A DNA stretch of 64,000 bases from an uncultured Enterobacterales bacterium (lineage in GTDB: Bacteria > Myxococcota_A > UBA796 > CAJQPC01), in contig CAZFLE010000005.1 of the NCBI GenBank assembly GCA_964519895.1, positions 16,417 to 80,416 of the forward strand. The letters run 5' to 3'. The notes under the pieces are model-generated. The model was not told the DNA's origin, searched no databases, and saw only the letters and a list, made by a program, of their open reading frames with translations. Both the position numbers and the translations under genes were made by a program. Shown here in pieces: positions 1 to 12,000 of the stretch (positions are counted from its first letter, which is position 1; every line of letters begins with the position of its first letter).

Positions 1-3000
1 GCGGCCAGCTCCTTCTGGACTTCGGCGAGCTCGCGGGGGTTGCAGCCCTGGACCAGGGCAGCGATCTCGTCGCTGTCGCCGTTGCTGCTGATCTTGCTCG
101 TCAGGTCGCTGATGCGTTCGGGGTTCCTGGTGTGGCCGCCGACCTTGTCGTCCTTGTTCACCGCACCGGGCTTGTCGTAGTCCTTGGTGTCGCCCCAGCT
201 GAACCAGCTCTCGGCGTCTTCCCGGCGCTTCTTGTCGACCTCCTTGGCCACCGCGTCGGCGAAGCCCTTGGCGCCCGCGGACCGGTTGTCGTCCTTCTTG
301 AGCTCGCCGGTCTCCATGAAGTGCCAGAGCTGGTGGATCGAGGAGAAACCCCCGTCCTTGGACATGCCCTCGAGCCAGGAGCGGGCCACCAGCGGGTCCA
401 TGCCGGTCTTGGCCGTGGCCGCCTTGATGGCCTTGCCGTCTTCCTGGATCTTGTGGGCCTTGTCCGTGCCCTTCTGGGTCGTCTTGCCCATGGCGAGGGT
501 GTTGGCCTCGTTGAGCATGTCGACGTGTTCGGGCTCCGTGAGGAAGGTGTCCAGGTTCTGCGGGAGGTTGCCGTCGGTGGCGCCGGTGCCGTGGGCCTTC
601 ATGGCGTGGGTCTGGGCGGCCCGGTACTCGACGACGAACGCGGCACGCTCGGAGCGGGACATCGCCGCGAAGGCCTCGGCGATCTTGTCCTCGTCGGCGT
701 CGTCGCCCTTCTTCAGTTGGTCGAAGAGCTTCTTGGAGTTGCTCGCGTAGCGTTCGCTCGTGACGTCGGCCGCGAGCATGCTCTGGGTCAGGTCTTCCGA
801 CGTGTCGATGGCGTCGACCATCTTCAGGCCACTGGTCTCGTCCCCGCACTGCAGGGCCGACTCGAACTTGTCCCGGAGCGTCGGGATGTCCTTCAGCAGC
901 TGCTGCTTCTCGGCGGGGGTCAGGCTGCTGAAGTGGGCCAGGATGGCGTCGTCGTTGCCATCGTCCAGCTTGTCCAGCATTCCCTGCTTCTTCTTCTTGT
1001 AGGCGTCGCTGTTCTTGTCGCAGACCAGGCCCAGCCGGCCCATCTCGGCCTTCTCCTCGGCGGACCACTTGATCTGGTAGCCGTCGTGCCGACCGACCCC
1101 CATCTTCTTCTTCATCGCCAGGGCGAACTTGTCGTCCTTGAGCACACCGGCCGGCGATCGGGCCAGGTGCTCGGCGTAGGCTTCGGGGGACATGCCCTGG
1201 GCGTGGGCTTCGGCGGCGAGCTTCTTGTACTCCTCCTTGCCCACGACGTTCTCGAGCTCGGCCTTGACCCCGACCCGGCGCTCCTCCTCGACCAGCATGC
1301 GCATCTCGTCGGCGTCGATGCCCGCAGCACCGGCGTAGAACTTGACCTGCTTGTCGACGTCGGCCTTGGTGCCTGAACTGCCTGGCTTGTAGATCTGGGC
1401 GCTGGGGGGGAGCTGGGCCTTGATGGCCGCCATGCGGTTGTCGTAGGCGCCGTTGAGCTTGTCGGCGTACTTCTTCAGGGCCTCCTTGAGGGCGTCGCCC
1501 TTGAGTCCCTCGAGCTCCGAGGCGCCCAGCTGGAGCATGGCCAGGTCCTTCAGGGCCTCGAGCTGCTTGGCCTCGGGGAGCTGGCGGATCTTGTGGACCT
1601 GTTTGACGATGGCGTTCTCGGTCCGGACCTCGCTCCACGCCTTCTTCAGGTCCTCGGCAGACAGGCCGGTGCGGCCCTGGAGCTCCTGGAGGATCTTGAG
1701 GCGCTCTTCCGGGGGGAGCTTCTCCAGGTTCTTCAGGCGCTGCTTCATGGCAGCGGACACCACCGGGTTGCCCTCGTCGTCCTGCTTGGGCTGGTAGAGG
1801 TCGTTCAGGGCCTCGTTGGGGTCCTTGCCGGCGGCCTTGGCGTCGGTCAGGAACGCCAGGGCGTCGGCCGCCGAGGCCTTCTCGCCGTCGGCGGCCAGCT
1901 GCGCCTGGATGGCCTTCATGTGCTCGTTGGCTTCCAGGGCGCTGACGGGCTTCTCGGGGGTGGACAGAGCCTTGGCGGCTGCCCGCACGGCGCCCACCCG
2001 CTTGACCGCGTCGGCGGCCATGTTCCGGGTGTCCTTGTCCTGCATCCGGGCGACCCGGGCGGTGTCCTCCTTGGACTTCTGGCGGGCCTTGCCCAGGTCG
2101 CTGGCCACCGAGCCCCAGCCGTCCTCGATCTTGCCGTCGTCGGTGTGCTCGGCGATGTACTGGTCGAGCACGGCGGCGATGCTGCGGCCGTCGGCGAGGG
2201 TCACCGGGGGGTTGGCGGTGAGCAGGGCCCGGATCTGGGCCCGGGTCATGTCGTCGAAGGCGTCCTTGATGTCCTTCTCGCTGGGGTCCTTCTTGTTCAT
2301 GGCGCCGGTGAGGGCCTTGGACTTCTTCTGCCAGCGCTTGGCCCGCCGGTAGGCGATCGGATCGGTGTGCTCGAGCTCGGCGATGCGGTCGGGGTCGGTC
2401 TCGACGTAGTCGGACTCCTTGGTCCGCTCGTCCTTCATCATCGCCAGCAAGGGCTGGTCCATCATCGCCGACCGCGGGGCCGTCTCGATCCACTCCACCA
2501 GGCCCTTGGCGCTGGGGGGGATGCCGGCGAGCTTGCAGGTCTCGACGACGTAGTCGGACGCGGCCTCGGGGGAGTAGGGCTTGCCGGTCTCCTGTTCGAA
2601 GAGCCGCTTCTTCTCTTCCCGATCCTCGTCTTCCTGGTCCAGGGTCTCGAACGCACGGCTGGCGTCCATGCCCCAGCCGATTCCACCAAAGACGTCCTGT
2701 TGCTCGACCGAGACGATCTTCTTGCGGAGGTCTTCCTTTTCCTCGGGCGTCAGGGGAGGATCGTTCTTCAGCAGTCGATCGATGTCCTTGGCGAGGGCGG
2801 GGTGGTCCTCCTTGAGCTCGTTGAGGTGCTCTTCAGCCCGGGTCGCCGCCTTGCTCTTCTTGCCCAGCACGGCTTCCTGGCGGGCGTCCATCTCCTGCTT
2901 GAACGCGACCTTGCCGTTGACCCCTCGCAGGGTGTCGATGTCGATGCCGGTCTTGGAGTTGATGACCCGCAGCAGCGCTTCGACGTCGTCCGGGGAGAGC

Positions 3001-6000
3001 GGCTTGCCGTCCTTGCCCTTGTTGCTCTTGAGCTGCTCGATCTTCTTGGCGAGGGTGGGGTCCCCCTTCTTGGCGCTCTTCAGCGCGGTGTCCAGGCTCT
3101 GTTCGGTCTTGGCGATGTCGGCCTCGACCGCCTCCTTGAGCTTGCCGGGGTCCAGGTCGTGCTGCTCGGCGATGGCGTCGAGCTTCTTCTGGCGGTCCGC
3201 CTCGCTGATGGTGGTGTCGAGCAGGACCTTCTGTGCGGCGGGGAAGCTCGCGGCCTTCTTCTTGTAGTTGTCGGTGCCCCGCCACAAGGTGCCCATGGAC
3301 TGGCCCGTGGACCCGGCCAGGTCGAACATCGCCATGGCCCGTTCCTTGGGGTCCTCGATCTTGGCGATGCGTTCGGTCTCGTCCTTGAGGGCCTTGTTGC
3401 CGACCACCCCGCCCTGGAAGGTGCCAGTGGCGTCCAGGTCGGTGGCCAGGGCGTGGCCTGAGATGAGGTCCGGGTTGCCGATCTCCTTGGCGAGCTTCAT
3501 CGCCTCGTCGCCGCCCTTGTCGAGGATGGCCTTCTGGTCCGGGGTCAGCGCGGTCGGTGCGTTCGGCTTGATCGGCATCGACATGAGCTGGACCGCCTGC
3601 TCGGCGGTGTAGCCCTTGGCCTTGTAGGCCTCGATGCGGTTCTTGGCGGTCTCGTAGTCCCAGCCCTTGTCCTTGTTCGCCTCGGCGAGCTCCGTGGCGC
3701 CCTTGACCTTGGCTTCGGCGTCGATGATCTTCTTGGAGAAGGCTTTCTTCTCGTCGTCGGTGGGGGCCTTGTCGCCAAAGGTCCTGAAGACGCCGTGGTC
3801 GCCCTCTGAGTCATGGGCGGCCTTGGCGAGTTTCTTGACGTCGTCCGGGAGCTTGTCCAGATCTTCCTTGGACACGAAGTTCAGATTGCGCATGAACTCG
3901 GAGGGCTTCATGTCGCGCTGCTTGGCCAGCTCGAACATCTTCTCCCGGCACGCGTCGACGTCCATGTTGACCTTGCCGTCCTTGTCCTTGACCTGGAACG
4001 CCCTGACCGCAGCCTCCCGGTCCTCGTTCATCCGGTGCCAGCGCTCGTTGAGCTTCTCCATGGCCGGCGAGACGTTGGCCTTCTGCTGGCCGTCGGCGCC
4101 CTTGACCGTGGTCTTCTCGTCCCAGACCTTGAGCAGATCGGCCTTGCTGATCTTGGGCTTCTGCTTCTGACCATAGGCGGCGATGGCCTTCTCGCGTTCG
4201 GCCTTGTTCGGGATGGTCTCGTACATGCCCATGACCGCGGAGGCCTGTTCCTCTTCCTTCTCCTGCTTCTTCTGTTCGTCGGTCTTGGTCTCTTCGGCGG
4301 CGGTGTCCTCGGCCTTCTTGTCGTCGGAGACCTTCTTCTCACCCGTGGTCTCTGCGCCCTTTTCGGAGAGGTCCTTCAGGTCCGTCTCGTCCTTCTTCTG
4401 GTCGTCGGTCTTCTCCTCGTCGGCCGGATCCTTGATCACGATGTCGATGAACTCGCCGTCCGGTCCTTCCTTCTTGCCGGCCGGGATGTAGACCACCATC
4501 GACGCGTAGTTGATGTCGAGCAGGGTGCAGTAGGCCTGGAGCACGGGCGCCGGGCAGCCGCCGGCCATCTGCATGTCGCCCACGGCGGAGTCGAAGATGT
4601 CCTTCTTCTTCTTGGCCTCCTTGACCTTGTCCTCCATCGGCTTCAAGGCGGCCCGGTGGGCCTCGAGCTGCTTGGCGGTGAGGCCTGACGCCAGCTCGGC
4701 GGCGGCGATCTCGGTGGGGAGCTCGCCCTCGCGCTTCTGGAGCGTGGCCAGCGACGCGGACAGGCTGACGACCTCGCTGTCCGTGTCGAGGTTCGGCGGC
4801 GGGCCCGGGTCCGTGGCGCCCTCGTGCTTGTCGTCAAAGGCCTTCTTCTTGGCTAGGTAGTCCCGGTTCAGGGCCTGCTTGCGGGTGCCGATGGCCCGGT
4901 TCTTGGACCCGACGCCGATCTGGGTGGTGGTGAGCTCGGCCTTGAGGGTGGAGACCTTCTTCATCGACTCCTGGGACTCGACGGGCAGCTTCTTGAGCTG
5001 CTTGTCGACCAGCTTCGAGAGGTCGGCTTCCTTCTTGGTGACGTCCTTGGCGATCTTCTCGCCCTTCTTCGGCAGCGCCTCGGCGACCTTCTTCGACGTC
5101 TGGATCTCCGCCACCGGCAGCGTGGGCCCGCCACCGCCACCGCCCTTGGGCTGCTTGTCCTGGATCTGCGCCAGGATGGCGTCGAGTTCTTCCTGCTTCT
5201 CGGTCTGGGACTCCTGGAGGGGCTCCATGTCCTCCTGGAGCTCCGTGCGGATCTTCTTCTCCTTGCCCAGGTCCTTGGGGAAGCGCTTGGACTTGGCCTG
5301 GAGGCCCTTGAGGCGAGTGTCCTTGTCCGGGGGCTTCGGCTTGCGGTTCTTCTTCTTGGCGACCGCTGAGAGCTTCTCCAGCTGGGCCTTGCGCTTGTCG
5401 AGCTCGGTCTTGTTCCGGGAGATCTTCTTCTCGACGTCGTCGATCTTGACCTGGACCTCGTCCACGTCATAGCCGAGCTCGCCGAGCTGGTAGGCGATGT
5501 CGTCGAGCTCCCACTGGAGGTCGTCGCGCAGCCGCTCGAGTTCCTCCAGGGTCGGCGGCTCGTCCTTGGCGGCGGTCTCTTCTTCCTTTTCCTCGGAGGT
5601 GGTCGAAGGCGCATCGCCGGTCTTGGTGCCCCCTTCCTTGGCGAGCTTGTCGATGTCCTCGGTGGACTTCTTCTTGTCCTCTGCCTTGGAGGCGTCGTCC
5701 TCCTTGGCGTCCTCCTCGGTGACCTCGCCCTCGCCCTCGCCTTCCTCCTCTTCCTCTTCCTCATCCTTCGGCGCCTCTTCCTTGGGACCCTCGGCCTTGG
5801 CGGCTTCGGGAGCCACAGGCGGTGCTGGTGCGTTCAGGGCCTTGACCACCGCCTTGCCCACCACCTTGAAGCCGGCGGCGCCGCCGCGGGCGAGCAGTGC
5901 AGCGTCGGCCTGGTTGGAAGACTCGTCGCCCGTGGCGGTCGAGCGTTCGGTCTTGGGCGTGTCGGTGGAGACCGGGGAGCTGTCGGCCGCAGGAGCGTCC
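1..6000 (-). other. Lys/Glu/Asp-rich helical tail of the giant protein (more than 2,000 aa, incomplete) with coiled-coil stretches and degenerate annexin-like repeats
   Basis: Examples: 'LEELERLRDDLQWELDDIAYQLGELGYDVDEVQVKIDDVEKKISRNKTELDKRKAQLEKL' (about 5560-5380), poly-E 'KDEEEEEEEGEGEGEV' (about 5790-5700), and recurring 'x-D-[DE]-x-x-I-x-x-x-[LF]-x-x-[LM]-x-x-x-[EQ]' units ('DADEDKIAEAFAAMSRSERAAF', 'DSDEIAALVQGCNPRELAEVQKEL'). AAG, GAG and GAC codons dominate. Confidence 0.6.
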
Positions 6001-9000
6001 GTGGTCGTGGCCTGGACCGGGGCAGGTGTCTCCTCGACGGTCCGGGTGAGCTTGGGGGCCGGCTCGTTCGTCGTGGCTGTCGCCTCGTCCTGCTTCAGCG
6101 CGTCGGGCTGCTCCGGGGCCTTGACCTCCTGGGGGGTGTTCGCCCGCTCGAAGGCGCCGCCGTAGAGCTCTTCGGACTCGGCGTTCAGCGCGTCGATCCG
6201 GGCCTGTTCAGAGTCGGTGAGCTCCCTGCCCTCGCGGGTGGCCTGGGCCTGGAGGCTGCGGGTCTCCTCGTAAATCTCGTGGCCCCGGCCGCCCTTGACC
6301 TCGAGAATCTCCCGGAGGTGGAGCTGGAGCTCGACCACGTGCCCGTTGGGCATGCGCACGTTGAGCAGCATGTCCCGGTAGCCGCCCGGCGCCGGGTTCT
6401 CGAAGCGGTCCTTCATGCGCACGATCTCGAACTGACCGTGGATGCTCTCCAGGCCCTTGTAGAGGGCGTCCATGGAGTCGTACTGGATGCTGCTGCGGGA
6501 CAGGTCCGTGAGCTGGGAGGCGTCGCCCCCGTACTCGGTGTCCATCTTCTCCGTGGCCCGCTCCCGACCCTTCAGGCCCGGTGGGTACATGGCCTCGCCA
6601 CCGGTGGCCGCCGAGATGGCGTCGGTGGCGTCGTGGAGCATGACGTCGGCGACGGCGGCGTCGCCGTAGAGCGCGTCCAGATCGTCGGTGGACTGGGTCC
6701 GGTCCCGGCCAGCGATGTCGTCGGCGACACTCTTGCTGACGGCTGCGTTGCCGGTCAGGGACTCGGTCTCGGGCACGGCCTGCTTCTTGGCCGGGTAGGG
6801 GGTCGGGTCCACACCCAGGCGCCGGGCGGTGTCCTGCAGGCTCTCGCCGACCTGGTGGGCGTCCCGGACCCGCACTGCCTCGTCGTGCTTGCTCGCGGGC
6901 ACCGTGAACTTGCCGTCGGGGCCTTCCAGGGTCAGCGTGGTGATGTTGGGTTCGTCGCTGGGCCCGTTCCAGGCCCGATCCAGCTGCTGCGCCGGGGTGA
7001 GCGGGGTGTCTGCCGAAGTGTCCGTGGTCGGTTCTGAGGTCGGTCCTGGGGTGATCTCCGGCGCCGTCTCTGGGACGGTGTCGTCGGTGGGTGCGCTGGA
7101 CTCCCGCGGCACCTCCCGATCCCGCTGCTCGCCGTAGCCGTCCGGGTGCGGGTTCGGGTTCCGGGGCACGTCCTGGAGCTCGCTCGTCCCGGTCTTGCGG
7201 AAGCTCTCGGGGAACGCCGAGACCACCCGACCCGTGGCCGGCTCATAGACCACGCGAATGCGCACGCCGTCCCGCTCGCCCCAGAACACGTGTCGGTTGG
7301 GGTCCCCGTTCTTGTTGTACAGGTTCGGGGAGTTGTTGGGGGACGCCTCGGCCTTGGGGTCGGTGACGATGTCGCTGACCCGGTTGACGATGTCGACGTC
7401 GGTCCAGGTGTTCGGGAACTCGGTCTTGTCGTAGACCATGCGACCGTTCTCGTGGCCGCCGCCGGTGCGGTCGCCCTCGAGGATGTGCTCCCGAGCCTGC
7501 TGGTCGAGCACGTCGACATCGGACAGCGGCTCGGACAGGTCCTTGGCATCGGCCGAGTCGCCGATGGGGTGGCTCGGGTAGTGACTCGGATCCAGACCCA
7601 GCCGGGCCGCGGTCTCCTGGAGGCTCTCCCCGGGGCGGTGAGCGGCCTGGACCCGGGTCGCGTCGCCGTACTCCGACGCGGGCAGGGTGACCTTTTCTCC
7701 CTGGACGTAGACGGTCGCCATCGACGGCTGCTCGGACTGGTTCTTGCCGTCGAAGTGGTCCTGGAGGGACTGGAGCTGGTCCGGGGTGACCCCCTGGCCG
7801 TCTGTGTCGGGGCCGCTGTCCGGGGTCTGGTCGCTGGCGCCGTTCGTCACCAGGTCCGGGGTCTCGTCGCCCCCGGTGGTGTTGACCGTGACCTCGCCGC
7901 CTTCCCGCAGCGCGACGTCGCCATCGGCGGTCTTGATCAGCTCCTTGTCGCCCTTGACCACGGCCATGGAGCCGTCGCCACCGATGGCGACGGCGTCGTT
8001 CATGGAGCCGGTCTCGCCGACCTCGGTGCCGCCGCTCTTGCCGTGGCCGCTGCCGTCGCCAGCCACCAGGGCCGAGCCGCCGTCGGTGGTCACCAGGGAG
8101 CCGTCGCCGGTCTCGGTGACGGTGGCGGTGCCGCCCTGCTTGGCGGCCTCGTTCATGACGCCGTCGACGTCTGTGGCCGAGTTCGGTGCCGTGTCGACGC
8201 CCCCGGCCTGGAGCTCGGCCTTGACCTCGGCGGCGGACGGCGCTGCGGCCTCGACGTCGGCCTCGGTGACCTGGAGGTTCTGTTCGGCGTCGCTGCCAGC
8301 CGTGTTGGCGGCCGAGACTTCGGTCTCCTTGGTCTTGACCCGCTGCTGCCACCCCTCGGCGAGCTTCTCCAGGACGCTGGTGACGGTCGCGTTGATGGTG
8401 GCGGTGGCGACCTGCTGGAATGCGGTCTCGGGGTCGACGGGCTTGCCGGTCGCCACGTCGATGAGGACGTTGGTGGTGGACCCCGCCAGCTCGCCGCCCC
8501 CACCAGATGCACCCGATGCGACGGCCTGCTTCCACAGGGGACTCTTCTCGTCGGACCACGCTTCGCCCCAGGCGCTGGTGTTGATGGCCTCGCTGGTCAT
8601 CGCCGTGACCGAGCTGGTGGTGCCCTTGCGCAGGGCGCCACCGCCCACATTCAGCAGGCCCTCGCCCACACCCTTGTCCCAGGTCTTGTCCTTGAGGCCG
8701 GTCTCGACACCGCCCTCGAGTGCCCCGGTGCCGAACGCCACGATGCCTTCGCCCAGGATCTTCTTGCCCCGGCTGGCGCCCTTGCCGAACAGCCCTCCGG
8801 CGGCCTGGAAGCGGGCGCCGACCCCGGCGGTGACGACGCTGGCCGCCGTGTTGCCCAGGTCGGCCACGGCCTGCTCCCAGCCGTAGCGGCCGCCCTTGAC
8901 CGCGTAGTTGATGCCCATCGAGGTCAGGCCAGTGATGCCGGCGACCCACATGGCCGCGGCGGGCCCCAGGGTGCCGCCGCTCAGCACCGTGGCGACGATG

Positions 9001-12000
9001 GCGATGAGCGCGGCCGCCGCGGTGGTCAGGATGTTCGCCAGCCGGTCCTGGGCCGCCCGGTAGTTCTCGGCGCTGATGCCCACGTAGTCGCACAGGATCA
9101 GGAAGCGCTCTTCCTGTTCCTTGGTGCCGTTGAACTTGCCGTCGGCCTTGTAGACCGAGTCGGGCTTGGAGCCGGGGACCTTGCAGGCCCGGACCAGCCG
9201 CTCGAGCTCGGCCATGTGGGTGGCCAGGTTGGCCCGCTCGTTGCCGGTGATGCCGTAGAACTCGGCGGCGGTCATGAGCACGTCGCCGGCGCCGGTGGAC
9301 TCGTCGCCCACCACCCACTCGTTCTGGAGCCGGGCGAGCTCCAGGCGCTGGTCCAGGGTCATGTACTTGGGGTCGCCGAGGAGCAGCTCCTCGACCTCGC
9401 GCCGCTCGTCGCCGGAGAGCTCGGAGCCCCAGCCGGAGTGGTCCTTGCCGGTCTTGCGGTTGTTGACGCCCAGAGCCGCGTCCAGGGCGTCGGTGTCGCC
9501 GGCCTCGAGCCCATAGGCCTGGGCGTGCTTGGTGGCGAAGATGCCGCGTAGCGCTTCGACCTCTTCCGGCCGCATGCCGGTCAGGGCCCGCTTGATCGCG
9601 TCCTCGTCGGTGCCCCCACGGTCGGTGGCGAGTCGGATCTGGTCGGCCGCCACCCGGGCCGTGTTGGTCCCGTCGGTCATCATGTTGGTGACCAGGTCGC
9701 GGCCGACCCCGGACTTGTCGTCGCCGCCGGGGAACATGGTCTTGACCGCGTCGCCGGTGGAGCGCTCGTAGTCCTTCTCGTACTGGGCCTGGAAGGCGTC
9801 GTTGCGCTTGCGCTGCTCGTCCTGGGCGGCCTGGCGGACCTTCTCGTCGGGGCTGTGGAGCCGCTCCTGGAGCTGGGCGTTGCCGTAGAGCGCGGTCTCC
9901 ATGCGCTTCATGTCGGGGCCGCCCTTGCGGGTGCGCTCGACCTCGAAGGCGTGGACCTGGGCGGCGGTGGAGTCCCGGCCCTCGGTCGCCAGGGCGACGG
10001 CCAGGTCCTTGTTCGGCCCCTCCAGCTTGCGGGTGATGGTCTGGGGCTGGCCGCCGTGGTGGCCGCCGTGGGGGTTGTGGACCTCGCGATCCTTGGTGAT
10101 GAAGTCGACGAACTGGGCTTGGGCCGCGCCCTGGTCGATGGGCTGGGTGGTGGTGGCCCCTGCGGCGCCCTTGTTCTCGATGTGGGCGAATTCCCGCTGC
10201 AGCTCGGCCAGCTGCTCGGGCTCGACGCCTCGGAGCGCGTCGGTCAGGTCGTCGGGCTTGCCGCTGCGGCGGGCTTTCTCGATCTTGTCGCGCAGCCGGT
10301 AGGCGTCGGCGCGGCGGGTGTTGCCCACCAGGAGCGACTCGGTGACGTTCAGGTCCGTGCCGCCCAGGTTGTCCTTGAGCCGGGCCTCGGTCGCCGACCA
10401 GTCCCCGAGCTTCTTCATGGCGTTGCGGTCGTCTTCGTTCAGGTCCCGCAGGACCGCCTCGATCTGGGCCTCATCGTCGCCGTACCAACGCATGTTGGTC
10501 TCGAGCTCCAGCCGGGCGCCTTCGGCCCGGTTGCCGATCAGGTACTGCTTGGCGACCTTGAGCTCGTCGCCGGACAGGTCGTCGTCCAGCCAGGACCGCA
10601 GGCTGGAGTCCCGGGGGAACAGGTCCGTCCAGATCATCTCCAGGGCCTTGCCCTTGAGGAAGGTCATGGGCCGGAGCGCATTGAAGAGCTTGTTCTCGTC
10701 GGTCCCCATGCCCGACATGGCGTCGTAGCAGCTGTCCGCCCGCTTCACGAGGTCCTTGCGGAGACCGGACGCCGCCTGCTCCGCCTTGGGGGCCACCGTG
10801 GTGGGGAACTTGGTCATGATGGCGTCGAGCTGGCCGCCGTAGGCGGTCACCTGGGCATCGAGGGCCGTCTCGGTCTCGGTCTTGAGCACGCCCAGGTCGG
10901 TGACGCACTTCGCCTTGTAGGCGGTCATGTCCTCCTGGACCGGGGCGACGTAGTCCTTCATCGCCTGGTCCACGGCGCCGCCCACGAGCACCATGGACTC
11001 GCCAAAGGCCAGCGACGCGTCCTCGATGCCCTTGGCCTTTTCCGTCATCAGGGCGTCGGCTTCGGTCTCGTTGTCCGACGCGATCTTCTCGATCTTCTCC
11101 AGGTCGCCGGCGACACGGCCGTCGATCGTGACGTGGGCAGCGTCCAGGGAGCCCTGGAGGTCGGCCAGGTTCTGGCGGTGGAACGCCCCCAGGGCGTCCT
11201 GTTGCTGGGTCAGGTAGGCCTGGGCGTCGTCGGCGGTGAGGAAGGTCTGGTCCGGCAGGCTGTCCGAGATGCCCTGGACGAAGTCCCGGTAGGACTGGGT
11301 GAAGGTGCCGGCGGCGGTGGTGAGCTGGGCCTCGACGCTGTCGGCGATCTCGGCCATGTCCGTCTCGAGCTGGGTCGAGATGTCCTGGAGCTCGCCGACA
11401 GCGGTGGTCTCGTCCTCGTCGAGCTGGGTGATGGCGGTGGACCGGGTGTCCTCGATGCTGGTCTCGGCCGAGGTCCGATCGGTGGCGAGCTGGCCGGTGG
11501 CCTGGGAGTAGGACCCGTCCAGGGCCCCCAGGGTGTGGTCGCGCACCGCCATGACCTGGTCGGCCAGGGGCTTGAGCAGGCCGTCGACCTTCTTCTGGTA
11601 GATGGCCTTGCTGGCGGTGACCTCGGCGGCCTTGGCCGGACCGCCCTTGGTGCCCATGTCCTTGGCGGCTTCGTCCAGGGCCTTGGCTGCGGTCTCCCGG
11701 CGGACCTCTTGCTTGGCCCGCTCCAGGATGTCGCCGCCACTGTCGGGAAAGGCCTCCTTGGCGAGCTCTCTCTTGCGGGTCTTGAAGGTGGCGGCCTTTT
11801 CGGTGGCCTTGGCCTGGAATTTGGGGGCCTTGTCCTTCAGGACGGTCTCGAAGGGCTCTACCCAGGTCTCGCCGAGCCCCAGCACCTCGCCCATGCCCAG
11901 GTCAAAGGTCGTCTGGGACTTCGTCAGGCCGTCGGCGTGGCCCTGTTGGAGCTGGCCCTCGGCGGCGGTGGCGTCGATGTCGACCTGGGACGTGGCCATG

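Noticed and set aside
7243-9318. 691-aa minus-strand ORF, and the similar 4961..5764 and 6932..7549
   Set aside because: They are in the wrong frame relative to the giant gene (coordinates mod 3 differ) and the sequence is dominated by Arg/Gly/Pro/His runs.
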